From the NCBI GenBank assembly GCA_964596015.1, contig CAZQSB010000001.1:48191-112190 (forward strand): a stretch of 64,000 nucleotides of DNA, written 5' to 3'. Both the position numbers and the translations under genes were made by a program. Positions 17,025-25,506 of this stretch are shown in pieces; positions within the stretch are counted from its first letter, which is position 1; each line of letters begins with the position of its first letter. The notes beneath the pieces are model-generated. The model saw nothing but the letters and a program-made list of their open reading frames with translations. It was not told where the DNA came from and did not search any database. Source of the stretch: an uncultured bacterium. Its GTDB lineage: Bacteria > Joyebacterota > Joyebacteria > Joyebacterales > Joyebacteraceae.

Positions 17025-18380
17025 CTAATAGCGGATCTCGCCGAACTCCTCGAGCTTCCCGGTGATGATGTCCCGGATCTCCTCGAGACGCTCCTCGGTC
17101 CTCGCTTCGAACCGCATGACGATGACCGGCTGCGTGTTGGAGGCCCTCACGAGACCCCAGCCGTCGCCGAAGAGGATCCGCACGCCGTCCACGTCGATGA
17201 CGTCGTAGTTCTCGGAGAAGTACTCCACGGCCTTTCTCACCATCTCGAACTTGGTCTCGTCGTCGGTGGTCTCTCCGCGGATCTCGGGGGTCGAGACGTA
17301 GGAGGGGATCGTCGAGACGAGCTTCGAGAGCGGCTTCTCCGACCGGGACAGCATCTGGAGAATGCGCGCGGCCGAGTAGATGGCGTCGTCGAAGCCGAAG
17401 TAGTCGTCGGCGAAGACCATGTGCCCGCTCATCTCGCCGCCCAGCGGCGCGTCGACCTCATGGATCTTCCGCTTGAGCAGCGAGTGACCGGTCTTCCACA
17501 TGAGCGGTCGGCCGCCGTGCGCCTCGATGTCCTCGACGAGGGCCTGCGAACACTTGACGTCGAAGACGATGTCGGCTGGACCCTTCTCCAGGACCTCTCT
17601 GGCGAGAAGGGCCAGCATCTTGTCCGCATAGACGACGTCGCCGTTCTCATCGACGGTTCCGACCCGGTCCGCGTCCCCGTCGAAACCGATGCCGATGTCG
17701 GCGCCCTCGCGTTTCACCGCGGCGATGAGGTCTTGAATGTACTCCATCACGGTCGGGTCGGGATGGTGATTCGGGAAGTCGCCGTCGGGCCGGCAGAAGA
17801 GCGGGATCACGTCGCACCCGAGGCTCTCGATGAGCTCCGCCGCGACGAGGCTGGCGCAGCCGTTCCCGCAGTCGACCACGACCTTCAGGCGGCGGTCGAG
17901 AGAGATGCGTTCGCGGACGGCGTCCGCGTAGCCGCTGAGGACGTCGGCGTCGGAGAGCTCGCCCGTCCCCTTCTCGAAGTCGCGCTCCTCGATGAGCTTC
18001 CTGATCGCCTGGATCTCCTCGCCGAAGACCGAGGCCTTCCTGAGATTCATCTTGAAGCCGTTCATGTCGGGCGGATTGTGGCTGCCCGTGATCATGAGCG
18101 CCGCGTCGACGGGAAGCTCGAACTCGCTGTAGTACAGAACCGGGGTAGGAACGACCCCGATGTCGATGACGTCCGCGCCCGACGCAGTGATGCCCTTCGT
18201 GATGAGAGCGCGGAAGCGATTGGTCGAGTGCCGCACGTCGCCGCCCAGCGCGACCTTCTTCGCGTCGCGTCTCAGGACATAGGTTCCGAATCCCCTGCCG
18301 ATGAGCTCGACAGTTTCGTCCGTGAGGTCGCGGTCGACGACGCCGCGGATGTCGTACTCCCTGAAGATGTAGTCCTTCAT
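17025..18380 (-). CDS. Phosphomannomutase/phosphoglucomutase
   Basis: TGSHNPPDMNGFK active-site loop, GFDGDADR metal loop and GGEMSGH sugar loop. Confidence 0.9.
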   Translation of the reverse strand: MKDYIFREYDIRGVVDRDLTDETVELIGRGFGTYVLRRDAKKVALGGDVRHSTNRFRALITKGITASGADVIDIGVVPTPVLYYSEFELPVDAALMITGSHNPPDMNGFKMNLRKASVFGEEIQAIRKLIEERDFEKGTGELSDADVLSGYADAVRERISLDRRLKVVVDCGNGCASLVAAELIESLGCDVIPLFCRPDGDFPNHHPDPTVMEYIQDLIAAVKREGADIGIGFDGDADRVGTVDENGDVVYADKMLALLAREVLEKGPADIVFDVKCSQALVEDIEAHGGRPLMWKTGHSLLKRKIHEVDAPLGGEMSGHMVFADDYFGFDDAIYSAARILQMLSRSEKPLSKLVSTIPSYVSTPEIRGETTDDETKFEMVRKAVEYFSENYDVIDVDGVRILFGDGWGLVRASNTQPVIVMRFEARTEERLEEIRDIITGKLEEFGEIRY

Positions 18381-18392
18381 CGTATCTCCCTC

Positions 18393-19118
18393 TCAGATGC
18401 CCAACGCCGTCATCCAGCCGGCGGAGTCGTCTTCGTCCTCGTCGTCTTCCGGTTCGCTCTGCTGGTCCTCCGGCGGGGCCGCCTCCCCGGCGTCGACGGT
18501 GCGACCCGCCGCCTTCGACAGCTCGTGCACCCACCGGGTGGTGTCCGGAACGTCGAGCCTGAGCGCCCCTGCCTCGCGGCCGGAGAGCTTGAGCTCCAGA
18601 ACGACGCCGCCCTCGCCGCGCCTCGTCGTCGCCCCGACGACGGTCTCCGCGTCCGGCTCATCGGGCCTGAAGGGGAAGCGCGACGGCGCGCCACCGGAAC
18701 CTTCGAGAATGTAGACAGCGGCCCTCGAGAGCACGACGGCGCCGCTCTTCCTTCTGCCCGCCTCGCCGTCGGGCGAGACCGTTCTCCAGGAAGCTTCGTC
18801 GGACCGCGCAAGCATGCCCTCCCGCGAGGCGCGCTCCAGCATCTCGCTCCTGGCCCGTTCGTTTCTCACTCGCTTCACGACCTGGGTCAGCACGCCGATG
18901 AGCACCGTCGCCACATACGGGATGGCCGCCCCGGCCCTGCCGAGCTCCGAGAGATCGATGCCCTCAAGGTCGAACTCCGGAATGCCGAACCGGCCGGAAC
19001 CGGCGACGCGGTAGACGATGTACGCGAGCGCGAGAACGACGAGCGCGACGATCGCCCAGCGCTCGTCGCGTTCGTGCGCTCTCGATCCTGTTTCTCTCGG
19101 GCGCATGCCGTTCATCAT
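18393..19118 (-). CDS. Membrane protein, function unknown (two N-terminal TM segments, acidic tail)
   Basis: WAIVALVVLALAYIVY and IPYVATVLIGVLTQVV. Possible bacterial PH-like middle region. C-terminus EDQQSEPEDDEDEDD. Packed tightly between trpS and the mutase gene. Confidence 0.6.
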   Translation of the reverse strand: MMNGMRPRETGSRAHERDERWAIVALVVLALAYIVYRVAGSGRFGIPEFDLEGIDLSELGRAGAAIPYVATVLIGVLTQVVKRVRNERARSEMLERASREGMLARSDEASWRTVSPDGEAGRRKSGAVVLSRAAVYILEGSGGAPSRFPFRPDEPDAETVVGATTRRGEGGVVLELKLSGREAGALRLDVPDTTRWVHELSKAAGRTVDAGEAAPPEDQQSEPEDDEDEDDSAGWMTALGI

Positions 19119-19121
19119 GAC

Positions 19122-20105
19122 CTATCGGTACCTGACGCCGGTCCTCTCCCTGACCTCTTCCATCGTCTCCGCCGCGAGTTTCCCGGCCCTGTCCGAACCG
19201 TCCCTGAGGATGTCCCAGACGCCGTCCGGATCGTCCAGGAGGCTGCCCCGCCTCTCCCTGATCGGCGCGATGAGCTCCTTCACGTGCCTCGTGAGGATCC
19301 TCTTACAGTCGAGACAGCCGATCCCGGCGGTTCTGCATCCCCGGGCGCACTGGTCTATCTCCTCCTCGCTCGAGAAGATCCTGTGGTAGTTCATGATGTT
19401 GCAGATGTCCGGGTTGCCGGGGTCCGTCCTTCGCTTCCTGGCGGGGTCGGTCGGCGCTGTCGCGAGTTTCCGCTCGATGACCTCGTCCTCGTCGTCCAGG
19501 TAGATGCAGTTGTCGAGGCTCTTGCTCATCTTGTTGACGCCGTCGAGTCCGAGGACCCTGGCGCCGCTCGAGAGAACCTCTGCGGGCTCCGGGAACGTGT
19601 CGCCGAAGATGCTGTTGAATCGGCGGGCGATCTCCCGGGTCAGCTCGAGATGAGGAACCTGATCCTCGCCGACGGGAACGATGTCCGAACGGTAGAGCAG
19701 GATGTCAGCGGCCATGAGGACCGGATATCCGAAGAGCCCGAGGTTCACGTTCTCGGGATGCTGCCGCACCTTCTCCTTGAACGTCGGTACGCGTGAGAGA
19801 CGGCCCATGGGTGTCACGCAGTTGAGTATCCAGGCCAGCTCCACATGCTCGGGGACCCAGGACTGGACCATCAGGATGCTGCGCTCCGGATCGAGCCCGG
19901 CCGCAAGATAGCTGGCGGCCGCGTCCAGGACCCGGTCTCCCATCTGGGACGGATCGTAGCGGACGGTCATCGCGTGATAGTCGACGATGCCGAAGATCGG
20001 CGTGTAGTCGTCCTGGAGCGAGAGCCACTGCCTGATGGCTCCGAGGTAGTTGCCGATGTGAAGTCGACCGCTGGGCTGGATCCCGCTGAAGAAGTGCCTT
20101 GCCAT
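19122..20105 (-). CDS. trpS: Tryptophan--tRNA ligase with a Cys-cluster insertion
   Basis: FSGIQPSGRLHIGNYLG (HIGH motif), KMSKS, and the typical VGEDQVPHLELTREIARRFN. Extra Cys cluster C-x17-C-x3-C-x6-C-x2-C. Confidence 0.95.
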   Translation of the reverse strand: MARHFFSGIQPSGRLHIGNYLGAIRQWLSLQDDYTPIFGIVDYHAMTVRYDPSQMGDRVLDAAASYLAAGLDPERSILMVQSWVPEHVELAWILNCVTPMGRLSRVPTFKEKVRQHPENVNLGLFGYPVLMAADILLYRSDIVPVGEDQVPHLELTREIARRFNSIFGDTFPEPAEVLSSGARVLGLDGVNKMSKSLDNCIYLDDEDEVIERKLATAPTDPARKRRTDPGNPDICNIMNYHRIFSSEEEIDQCARGCRTAGIGCLDCKRILTRHVKELIAPIRERRGSLLDDPDGVWDILRDGSDRAGKLAAETMEEVRERTGVRYR

Positions 20106-20170
20106 GGGTGCTCTCCGGGCCGTATTCCCAGGGCGCCCCGGAAAGGGCGCCCGCGTCTCTCGTGGCTGTC

Positions 20171-20200
20171 ATGCTAGCACGCGCCGCGCGCGGTGTTCAA
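20171..20200 (-). promoter_or_regulatory. Sigma70-type promoter for trpS
   Basis: Minus strand: TTGAAC (20200-20195), 18-nt spacer, TAGCAT (20176-20171). The leader contains a GGGCGCC/GGCGCCC hairpin at 20132-20153. Confidence 0.4.
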
Positions 20201-20275
20201 CAGCGTCGGGCTGCATGCGACGGCGGGTCGAAGGTGTCCGGGCTCCGCTCCCGCGGAAAGAGAGGGAACTCTTCC

Positions 20276-22495
20276 TCAGGACCCGTCGCCGGTCTCCCGC
20301 AGCTCTCGCACTCGTTCGATGCCTCTCCTGGCGTCGTCCGAGAGCGGGTTCATGCGAAGCGCGTACCTGTACGCGGCATCGGCCTCGTCGAGAGCTCCCG
20401 CGGCTTCGTGGTAGATGCCGACAGCGAGGTAGAACCTCTCGCTCGTCGCGGCCGGCAATTCGCTCTCGTCGAGCCGCGCCCTGGCCCTCGTCAGGACCTT
20501 CTCTGCCTCATCCAGTCTTCCGAGCCCGACGAGCGCCACGGCGCGGTCGCTCAGGTGTTCGAAATCACCCGGGGAGGCATCGAGAAGGATGTCCACGTTC
20601 TCGAGAGCGTCCTCGTACCGACCGGCGGAGAGATAGATGCGCGTCAGGAAGGAACGTCGATGGGGTGTGTCGGTCGAGAGCCGGACGGCCCGCTCGACGG
20701 CCTCGATCCCCGGCTCCTGGCGCCCCGAGCGAATGAGCGCCTGACCGTAGTCGAACCAGTACGCCGACCGCTCCGGCATGAGCCGCGCGGCCGCACCGAG
20801 CTCGTCGACCGCCCGTCCCCACTCGTTCCGCTCCACGGCGGCCAGCCCCAGTTCGTGATGCGCCCGCGCCCTGTCCTTCGGGTCGACCTTCGGGATGATG
20901 CGCGACGCGTCGACCACGAGGTCGAGAGGCCGCGTCTCGGTGACAAGCTCGAAGGTCTGGTCGGCGGAGTCGATCTCGATCCACTCCTCGTACGACCAGC
21001 CGCCGAGGTCGATCGTGAGAGGAAGCGGCGTTCGGTAGGCCTCTCCGTCCTGTCGGATCGTACCGCGAACGAGATGGCGGCCGCCCTCGGTCGGCGTGGT
21101 CTCGTACTGCAGAGAGTAGGTCGGCAGGTCCCCCCTGACGACCCAGTCGTAGACGAACCAGTCGAGGCTCCGCCCGGCGACGTCCTCCACTGAGCCGATC
21201 ACGCGACCGAACGGCGCGACGCTCCCGCTCCACTCCTCCCGCACCCGTCGAAGACCGGCGCAAAGCACGTCGTGCCCGACGACATGCTGGAGGACATCGA
21301 AGAACGCCGCGCCCTTGCCTCGAGAGAGGCGCTGGTCGTCGCAGGGCTCCGTGCCCACACAACCGCTCAAGGGGAGCCATCCGCCGGATTCGATGAGCGC
21401 GCGCACGTACTGGTAGCGACGGAGTTCGCGCCTGCGGCGCACCTCCTCTTCATCGCCGGCCGACTGAAGCCACATCAGCTCGGCGTGAGCGGCGAGACCA
21501 TCGGAGACGAGCGGCGCGACGTCGATGGACCACTCCCAGAAAGACGACGCCAGCGATGCCGTCAGGAGCGCCCTGGCGTTGCCGCCGCCCTGGACGGTGG
21601 AGGGAAGCACAACGAGGCCCGGGCCGTCGACGGGATGCGCCGGGCCGGCTCCGGGCTCGGTCACCACGATGTGCAGCCAGTCGAACGGATACGGGCCGTA
21701 GCATGACTCGAGAAAACGGAGGGCCACCTTCACGTCGCCCATGGTGAGCTCCGTCGCGCCCTCCCGGGTCGCTCGACGATGGAAGCTCACGCCGGCGCTT
21801 CCCCGGAACCCCCACTCGCTCTCGAGCGACGTGACCAAAAGCGCGGCGGCCCGAATCGGAGTCTGTGTCTCCCAGACATCGCCGACAGGATGCGCTTCGG
21901 TCGTATCGCCCGGCGGGACCATGCCGGACAGCGTTCCGGTGCAGACGCTCGCAAGTCCCGCTGGATAACGCACGACCAGGGTGAGGAGCGCGGGGTCGCG
22001 GCCCGTCGCGTTCGGATACCACGCCTGCTCGGGGGACAGCATGAAGAACGTCGCTCCGCCGCCCGGGTGACCCGCCGTGAGACCGCGGCCCCTGTATGAG
22101 ACGACGACGGTGACCTCCCGTCGCCCGTCTCCAGGGACGGTCACGTCAAGCGCACCCCCGTCGGAGAAGAAGTCCAGCGGCCGGCCGGTCTCATCCTCGA
22201 CCGCGACGACCGTGAGGGCCGGGTCCAGCGCGAGTTCAAGGACGTCCCCTGTCAACGCGACGGTGAGGCGGTCGACGGCCGTCAGCGACCGGGCGTTCGG
22301 ATCCACGGTGGCATCGATCTCGTGACGGATGATGTCCTGCCGCTCGAGCAGGATCGCGCTCTCGCGCGCTCGGCCACGGTCCGCCTCGTAGATCTCCTCA
22401 GCAGCCTCCCTCATGTGCCCGAGAGCCGGGGCGACAGGCTGCGCAGCGGCCGAGGCCGCGGCGACGAGGAGTATCAGGATGGCTGCGCACTGCAT
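20276..22495 (-). CDS. Secreted M1-aminopeptidase-like protein lacking HEXXH, fused to C-terminal TPR repeats
   Basis: AGGAGG RBS 4 nt before the ATG at 22495. Signal MQCAAILILLVAAASAAAQ. M1-like FLESCYGPYPF, but the HEXXH position reads SLASS. The C-terminal third is TPR repeats. Confidence 0.8.
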   Translation of the reverse strand: MQCAAILILLVAAASAAAQPVAPALGHMREAAEEIYEADRGRARESAILLERQDIIRHEIDATVDPNARSLTAVDRLTVALTGDVLELALDPALTVVAVEDETGRPLDFFSDGGALDVTVPGDGRREVTVVVSYRGRGLTAGHPGGGATFFMLSPEQAWYPNATGRDPALLTLVVRYPAGLASVCTGTLSGMVPPGDTTEAHPVGDVWETQTPIRAAALLVTSLESEWGFRGSAGVSFHRRATREGATELTMGDVKVALRFLESCYGPYPFDWLHIVVTEPGAGPAHPVDGPGLVVLPSTVQGGGNARALLTASLASSFWEWSIDVAPLVSDGLAAHAELMWLQSAGDEEEVRRRRELRRYQYVRALIESGGWLPLSGCVGTEPCDDQRLSRGKGAAFFDVLQHVVGHDVLCAGLRRVREEWSGSVAPFGRVIGSVEDVAGRSLDWFVYDWVVRGDLPTYSLQYETTPTEGGRHLVRGTIRQDGEAYRTPLPLTIDLGGWSYEEWIEIDSADQTFELVTETRPLDLVVDASRIIPKVDPKDRARAHHELGLAAVERNEWGRAVDELGAAARLMPERSAYWFDYGQALIRSGRQEPGIEAVERAVRLSTDTPHRRSFLTRIYLSAGRYEDALENVDILLDASPGDFEHLSDRAVALVGLGRLDEAEKVLTRARARLDESELPAATSERFYLAVGIYHEAAGALDEADAAYRYALRMNPLSDDARRGIERVRELRETGDGS

Positions 22496-22637
22496 GTGTC
22501 CTCCTGTCAGCGGGTCTCTCGCCAGCCGAATGGTACCACCGACCTCTCGCTTCGGCAAGAAGGGCGCCGGCTGGGGCGGTGTCCATAGTGTTGTGTGACT
22601 TCACTCGGGCACATCGTCCATTGTCCCAGCCCTTCGC

Positions 22638-22667
22638 TTGACGCGCGCTCGCCGGCCGGTCTACCAT
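22638..22667 (+). promoter_or_regulatory. Possible sigma70-type promoter for iscU
   Basis: TTGACG, 18-nt spacer, TACCAT. RBS GGAAGGAG precedes the ATG at 22703. Confidence 0.35.
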
Positions 22668-22702
22668 GGAGGGGTTGAAGACCCCGGAAGGAGCTTGATC
22701 AC

Positions 22703-23092
22703 ATGAGTCCCGTCTACAGTGAGAAGGTCCTCGAGCATTTCAGGAACCCCCGCAACGTCGGCGAGTTCGAGAAGCCCGACGGCGTCGGGGTCGAGGGGAA
22801 TCCCGTCTGCGGCGATCTGATGGAGATACAGATCATCGTCGAGGACGGCCGCATCAAGGACGCGCGGTTCAAGACGTTCGGCTGCGGTTCCGCGATCGCG
22901 ACCAGCAGCATGGTCACCGAGATGGCCAAAGGGAAGACGCTCGAGGAAGCGCTTGAGATCACGAGGGAGAGCGTCGCGGGCGAGCTCGACGGCCTCCCCC
23001 CGCAGAAGATGCACTGCTCCAATCTGGCGGCCGACGCGCTCCACAAGGCCATCAGAGACTACATGGAGAAGCACGGGGAGAGCGACTCGTAA
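22703..23092 (+). CDS. iscU: Fe-S cluster assembly scaffold IscU/NifU N-terminal type
   Basis: YSEKVLEHFRNPRNVG...NPVCGD...FKTFGCGSAIASS-like...MHCSNLAADAL (three ligand Cys). Confidence 0.9.
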   Translation: MSPVYSEKVLEHFRNPRNVGEFEKPDGVGVEGNPVCGDLMEIQIIVEDGRIKDARFKTFGCGSAIATSSMVTEMAKGKTLEEALEITRESVAGELDGLPPQKMHCSNLAADALHKAIRDYMEKHGESDS

Positions 23093-23212
23093 TCAGGGAG
23101 GCCCGGCCCCATCGCCGAACGGCTCGGACCGGGTCGTCGCGGAGTCCGGGAACGGGGAAGACGCGACAGGCGCCGCGGCCCGCCCGCCCCGCGCCCGTGC
23201 ATGCCTCACGCC

Positions 23213-25486
23213 TCAGCGCACGCCGAGTTCGCGGTAGACCGCGGCGTAGCGGTAGACCCTTCGCACATAGTCCGCCGTCTCAGGATAACCGATGTCCTCG
23301 ACGAAGACATCGCTGTCACCCGAACCGCTGTAGTTCCACCACCGCTTCACACTCTCCGGACCTCCGTTGTACGCGGCGAGCGCCCGGAGCACGTCGCCCT
23401 CGTAGTCCTCGATGAGCCCGCTCAGGTAGTACGTCCCGAACATCACGTTGACGGCCGGATCGAGGAGACGTTCGGTGGAGTAACCGCGATAGCCGAGCTT
23501 CCGGGCGAGCCAGCGTCCCGTTGACGGCATGATCTGAGACAGGCCACGCGCCCCCACCCAGGAGACGGCCTCCGGCTCGAAGAGGCTCTCCTGTCTCATG
23601 AGGGAATAGAAGACGTCCGGTGGAACGCCCCATCGCCGGCACTCTCCCTCAACGATCCCCCTGAAGTGCGTCGGGCAGATCCGGCGCCTGAGATAGAACG
23701 GAGCGTCGCCTATCTCCCGCTCGGGCGACATAGCCAGGATCCGCTCGGCCAATCGTATGGCTCGCTTGCGGAGTCCGATGCGCTCGTAGTGCGCGATGAG
23801 TACGTCCAGCATGCGCGGGTCGCGGCCGAGCGACTCCTCCAGTCGGTCGAACTCGCTCTCCGCGAGGTCGCGCATGTGGAGTGAGAAGAGAAGGTCGGCC
23901 CTCGCGAAGACCGGATCGGAGAGAAGCTCCCGCCGCAGGAGCACGCGACCGTTCGGAAAGTAGACCTCGTCGTACCATCTCCCGAGCCAGGTCGCGAACT
24001 CCATCGCCTCGGCGCCGATCGCGCGTCCGTCCCTCAGCGCACCCGCGGGCGCGGCACCGAGCATCTCGCGGGCGCGGTGGGAGTAGTAGGAGTCCTTCGA
24101 CTCTCTCGCCGCGAGCCTGAAGAGCTCCTCGGCTTCGCGGTCTCGTCCCAGCGCATCCAGGGCCTTTCCGGACCAGAAGAGCGCTCTCGCGGCGTCGGCG
24201 CCCTCCCCCGCGGTGTGCAGGTCCGCGAACGACGACTGGGCGCCGTGGAGGTCGCCGCTCTTGTAGAGGCACAGGCCCGCCCGGAAGCGGGCGTCGGGCG
24301 CAAGAGCCGACCCCGGGTAGAGTTCGGACAGCGAGCGGAACGCCACGACGGCTTCGCCCCAGCGCTTCTCCTCTTCGAGGAAGCGCGCCTTCTCCCAGAG
24401 CGCTCCGGGGGCCTCGGGGCTTCCGGGATGAAGCGCGACGTACCGGTCGTAGGTCGCGAGCGACTCATCGTCGCGGCCCGACGCGCGGCGGCAGTACGCC
24501 AGCTTGAGCCACGCCAGGTCGTAGTACTCGGAGCCACCTCCAAGATCTATGACCTCCTCGTACTTCGCGGCGGCGGCGCGGTAGTTTCCCAGCCTCTGGT
24601 ACGACCGGCCGAGGAAGTAGGTCGCCTCGCGGACGAACTCGCAGTGATTGTCGTGTCGGAGGTACCAGGCGAAGAACTCCTGCGCCTCCCGGTACCTGCG
24701 CCTGTTGTAGAGCACCAGGCCCTGACTGTATCGGTCGGTGAACGCCCGAGAGAGCTTCCGGGCGTCGACCATGGCCTCGTAGGCGCGCGGAGACCTCGGG
24801 TACTCCTCGACGACCCTCGCGTACGCCGCGACGGCGCCTTCGGCGTCGCCTCGCCGCTCGAGGGCGTCGGCCAGCTTGAGTCCCGCGGCGGCCCTTTCGT
24901 GATAGCCGTGCGACTCGGCCGCGAGCATCCGATACCACTGGATGGCGAGATCGTGCTTCCCGTCCTCAAGATACGACGCCGCTATCTCCTCGACCGCCTC
25001 AAGATCGAAGACTCCCTTTTCCTCGTCGTCGGTCACCCTGCGAAGGAGGCCGACGGCGAGCCCTGTCTCGCCGAGCTTCCGGTGGCACGCGGCCATTCTG
25101 ACGAGAATGAGGTCCTCGATCTCGGGCAGGTGAGGAATGGCCTCTCTGTAGGCCAGAAGCGCCTCGTCGAACCGCTCGTCACGTTCGAGCGAGCGTGCTG
25201 TCATGAACCGCGCCCTCTGGCTCAACCTGCGGAAGTAGAGACCGGGCGGGTCGTCGGCCGGTCCGACGCGGTCCGCTGCGCGGTCGTAGAGGCCAGCCGC
25301 TTCCGCGTACGAACCGGTCTCGTAGGCCCGCTCCGCCGTCTCGTAGAGCGAGTCGGCCGCGGCGCGCCAGGTCGCCCCCGCCTGAAGAGGCAGGAGCGCG
25401 AGGAACGCCACGGCGGCCAGTGGCAGCGTCAGGCGCGTCATGGCGCGTCGCTTTCCGTGTGTGAGGTGTCGCCCGAAAAAGTCCAT
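23213..25486 (-). CDS. Lytic transglycosylase (SLT domain) with N-terminal TPR/superhelical region
   Basis: C-terminus EAVSWVGARGLSQIMPSTG...AAYNGGP. Signal region MTRLTLPLAAVAFLALLPLQAGA. Start at 25486 or 25441. The track start at 25777 would overlap ptsI by 270 nt. Confidence 0.85.
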   Translation of the reverse strand: MDFFGRHLTHGKRRAMTRLTLPLAAVAFLALLPLQAGATWRAAADSLYETAERAYETGSYAEAAGLYDRAADRVGPADDPPGLYFRRLSQRARFMTARSLERDERFDEALLAYREAIPHLPEIEDLILVRMAACHRKLGETGLAVGLLRRVTDDEEKGVFDLEAVEEIAASYLEDGKHDLAIQWYRMLAAESHGYHERAAAGLKLADALERRGDAEGAVAAYARVVEEYPRSPRAYEAMVDARKLSRAFTDRYSQGLVLYNRRRYREAQEFFAWYLRHDNHCEFVREATYFLGRSYQRLGNYRAAAAKYEEVIDLGGGSEYYDLAWLKLAYCRRASGRDDESLATYDRYVALHPGSPEAPGALWEKARFLEEEKRWGEAVVAFRSLSELYPGSALAPDARFRAGLCLYKSGDLHGAQSSFADLHTAGEGADAARALFWSGKALDALGRDREAEELFRLAARESKDSYYSHRAREMLGAAPAGALRDGRAIGAEAMEFATWLGRWYDEVYFPNGRVLLRRELLSDPVFARADLLFSLHMRDLAESEFDRLEESLGRDPRMLDVLIAHYERIGLRKRAIRLAERILAMSPEREIGDAPFYLRRRICPTHFRGIVEGECRRWGVPPDVFYSLMRQESLFEPEAVSWVGARGLSQIMPSTGRWLARKLGYRGYSTERLLDPAVNVMFGTYYLSGLIEDYEGDVLRALAAYNGGPESVKRWWNYSGSGDSDVFVEDIGYPETADYVRRVYRYAAVYRELGVR

Positions 25487-25506
25487 GTCGTCAGGTGCTC
25501 TTCCGG

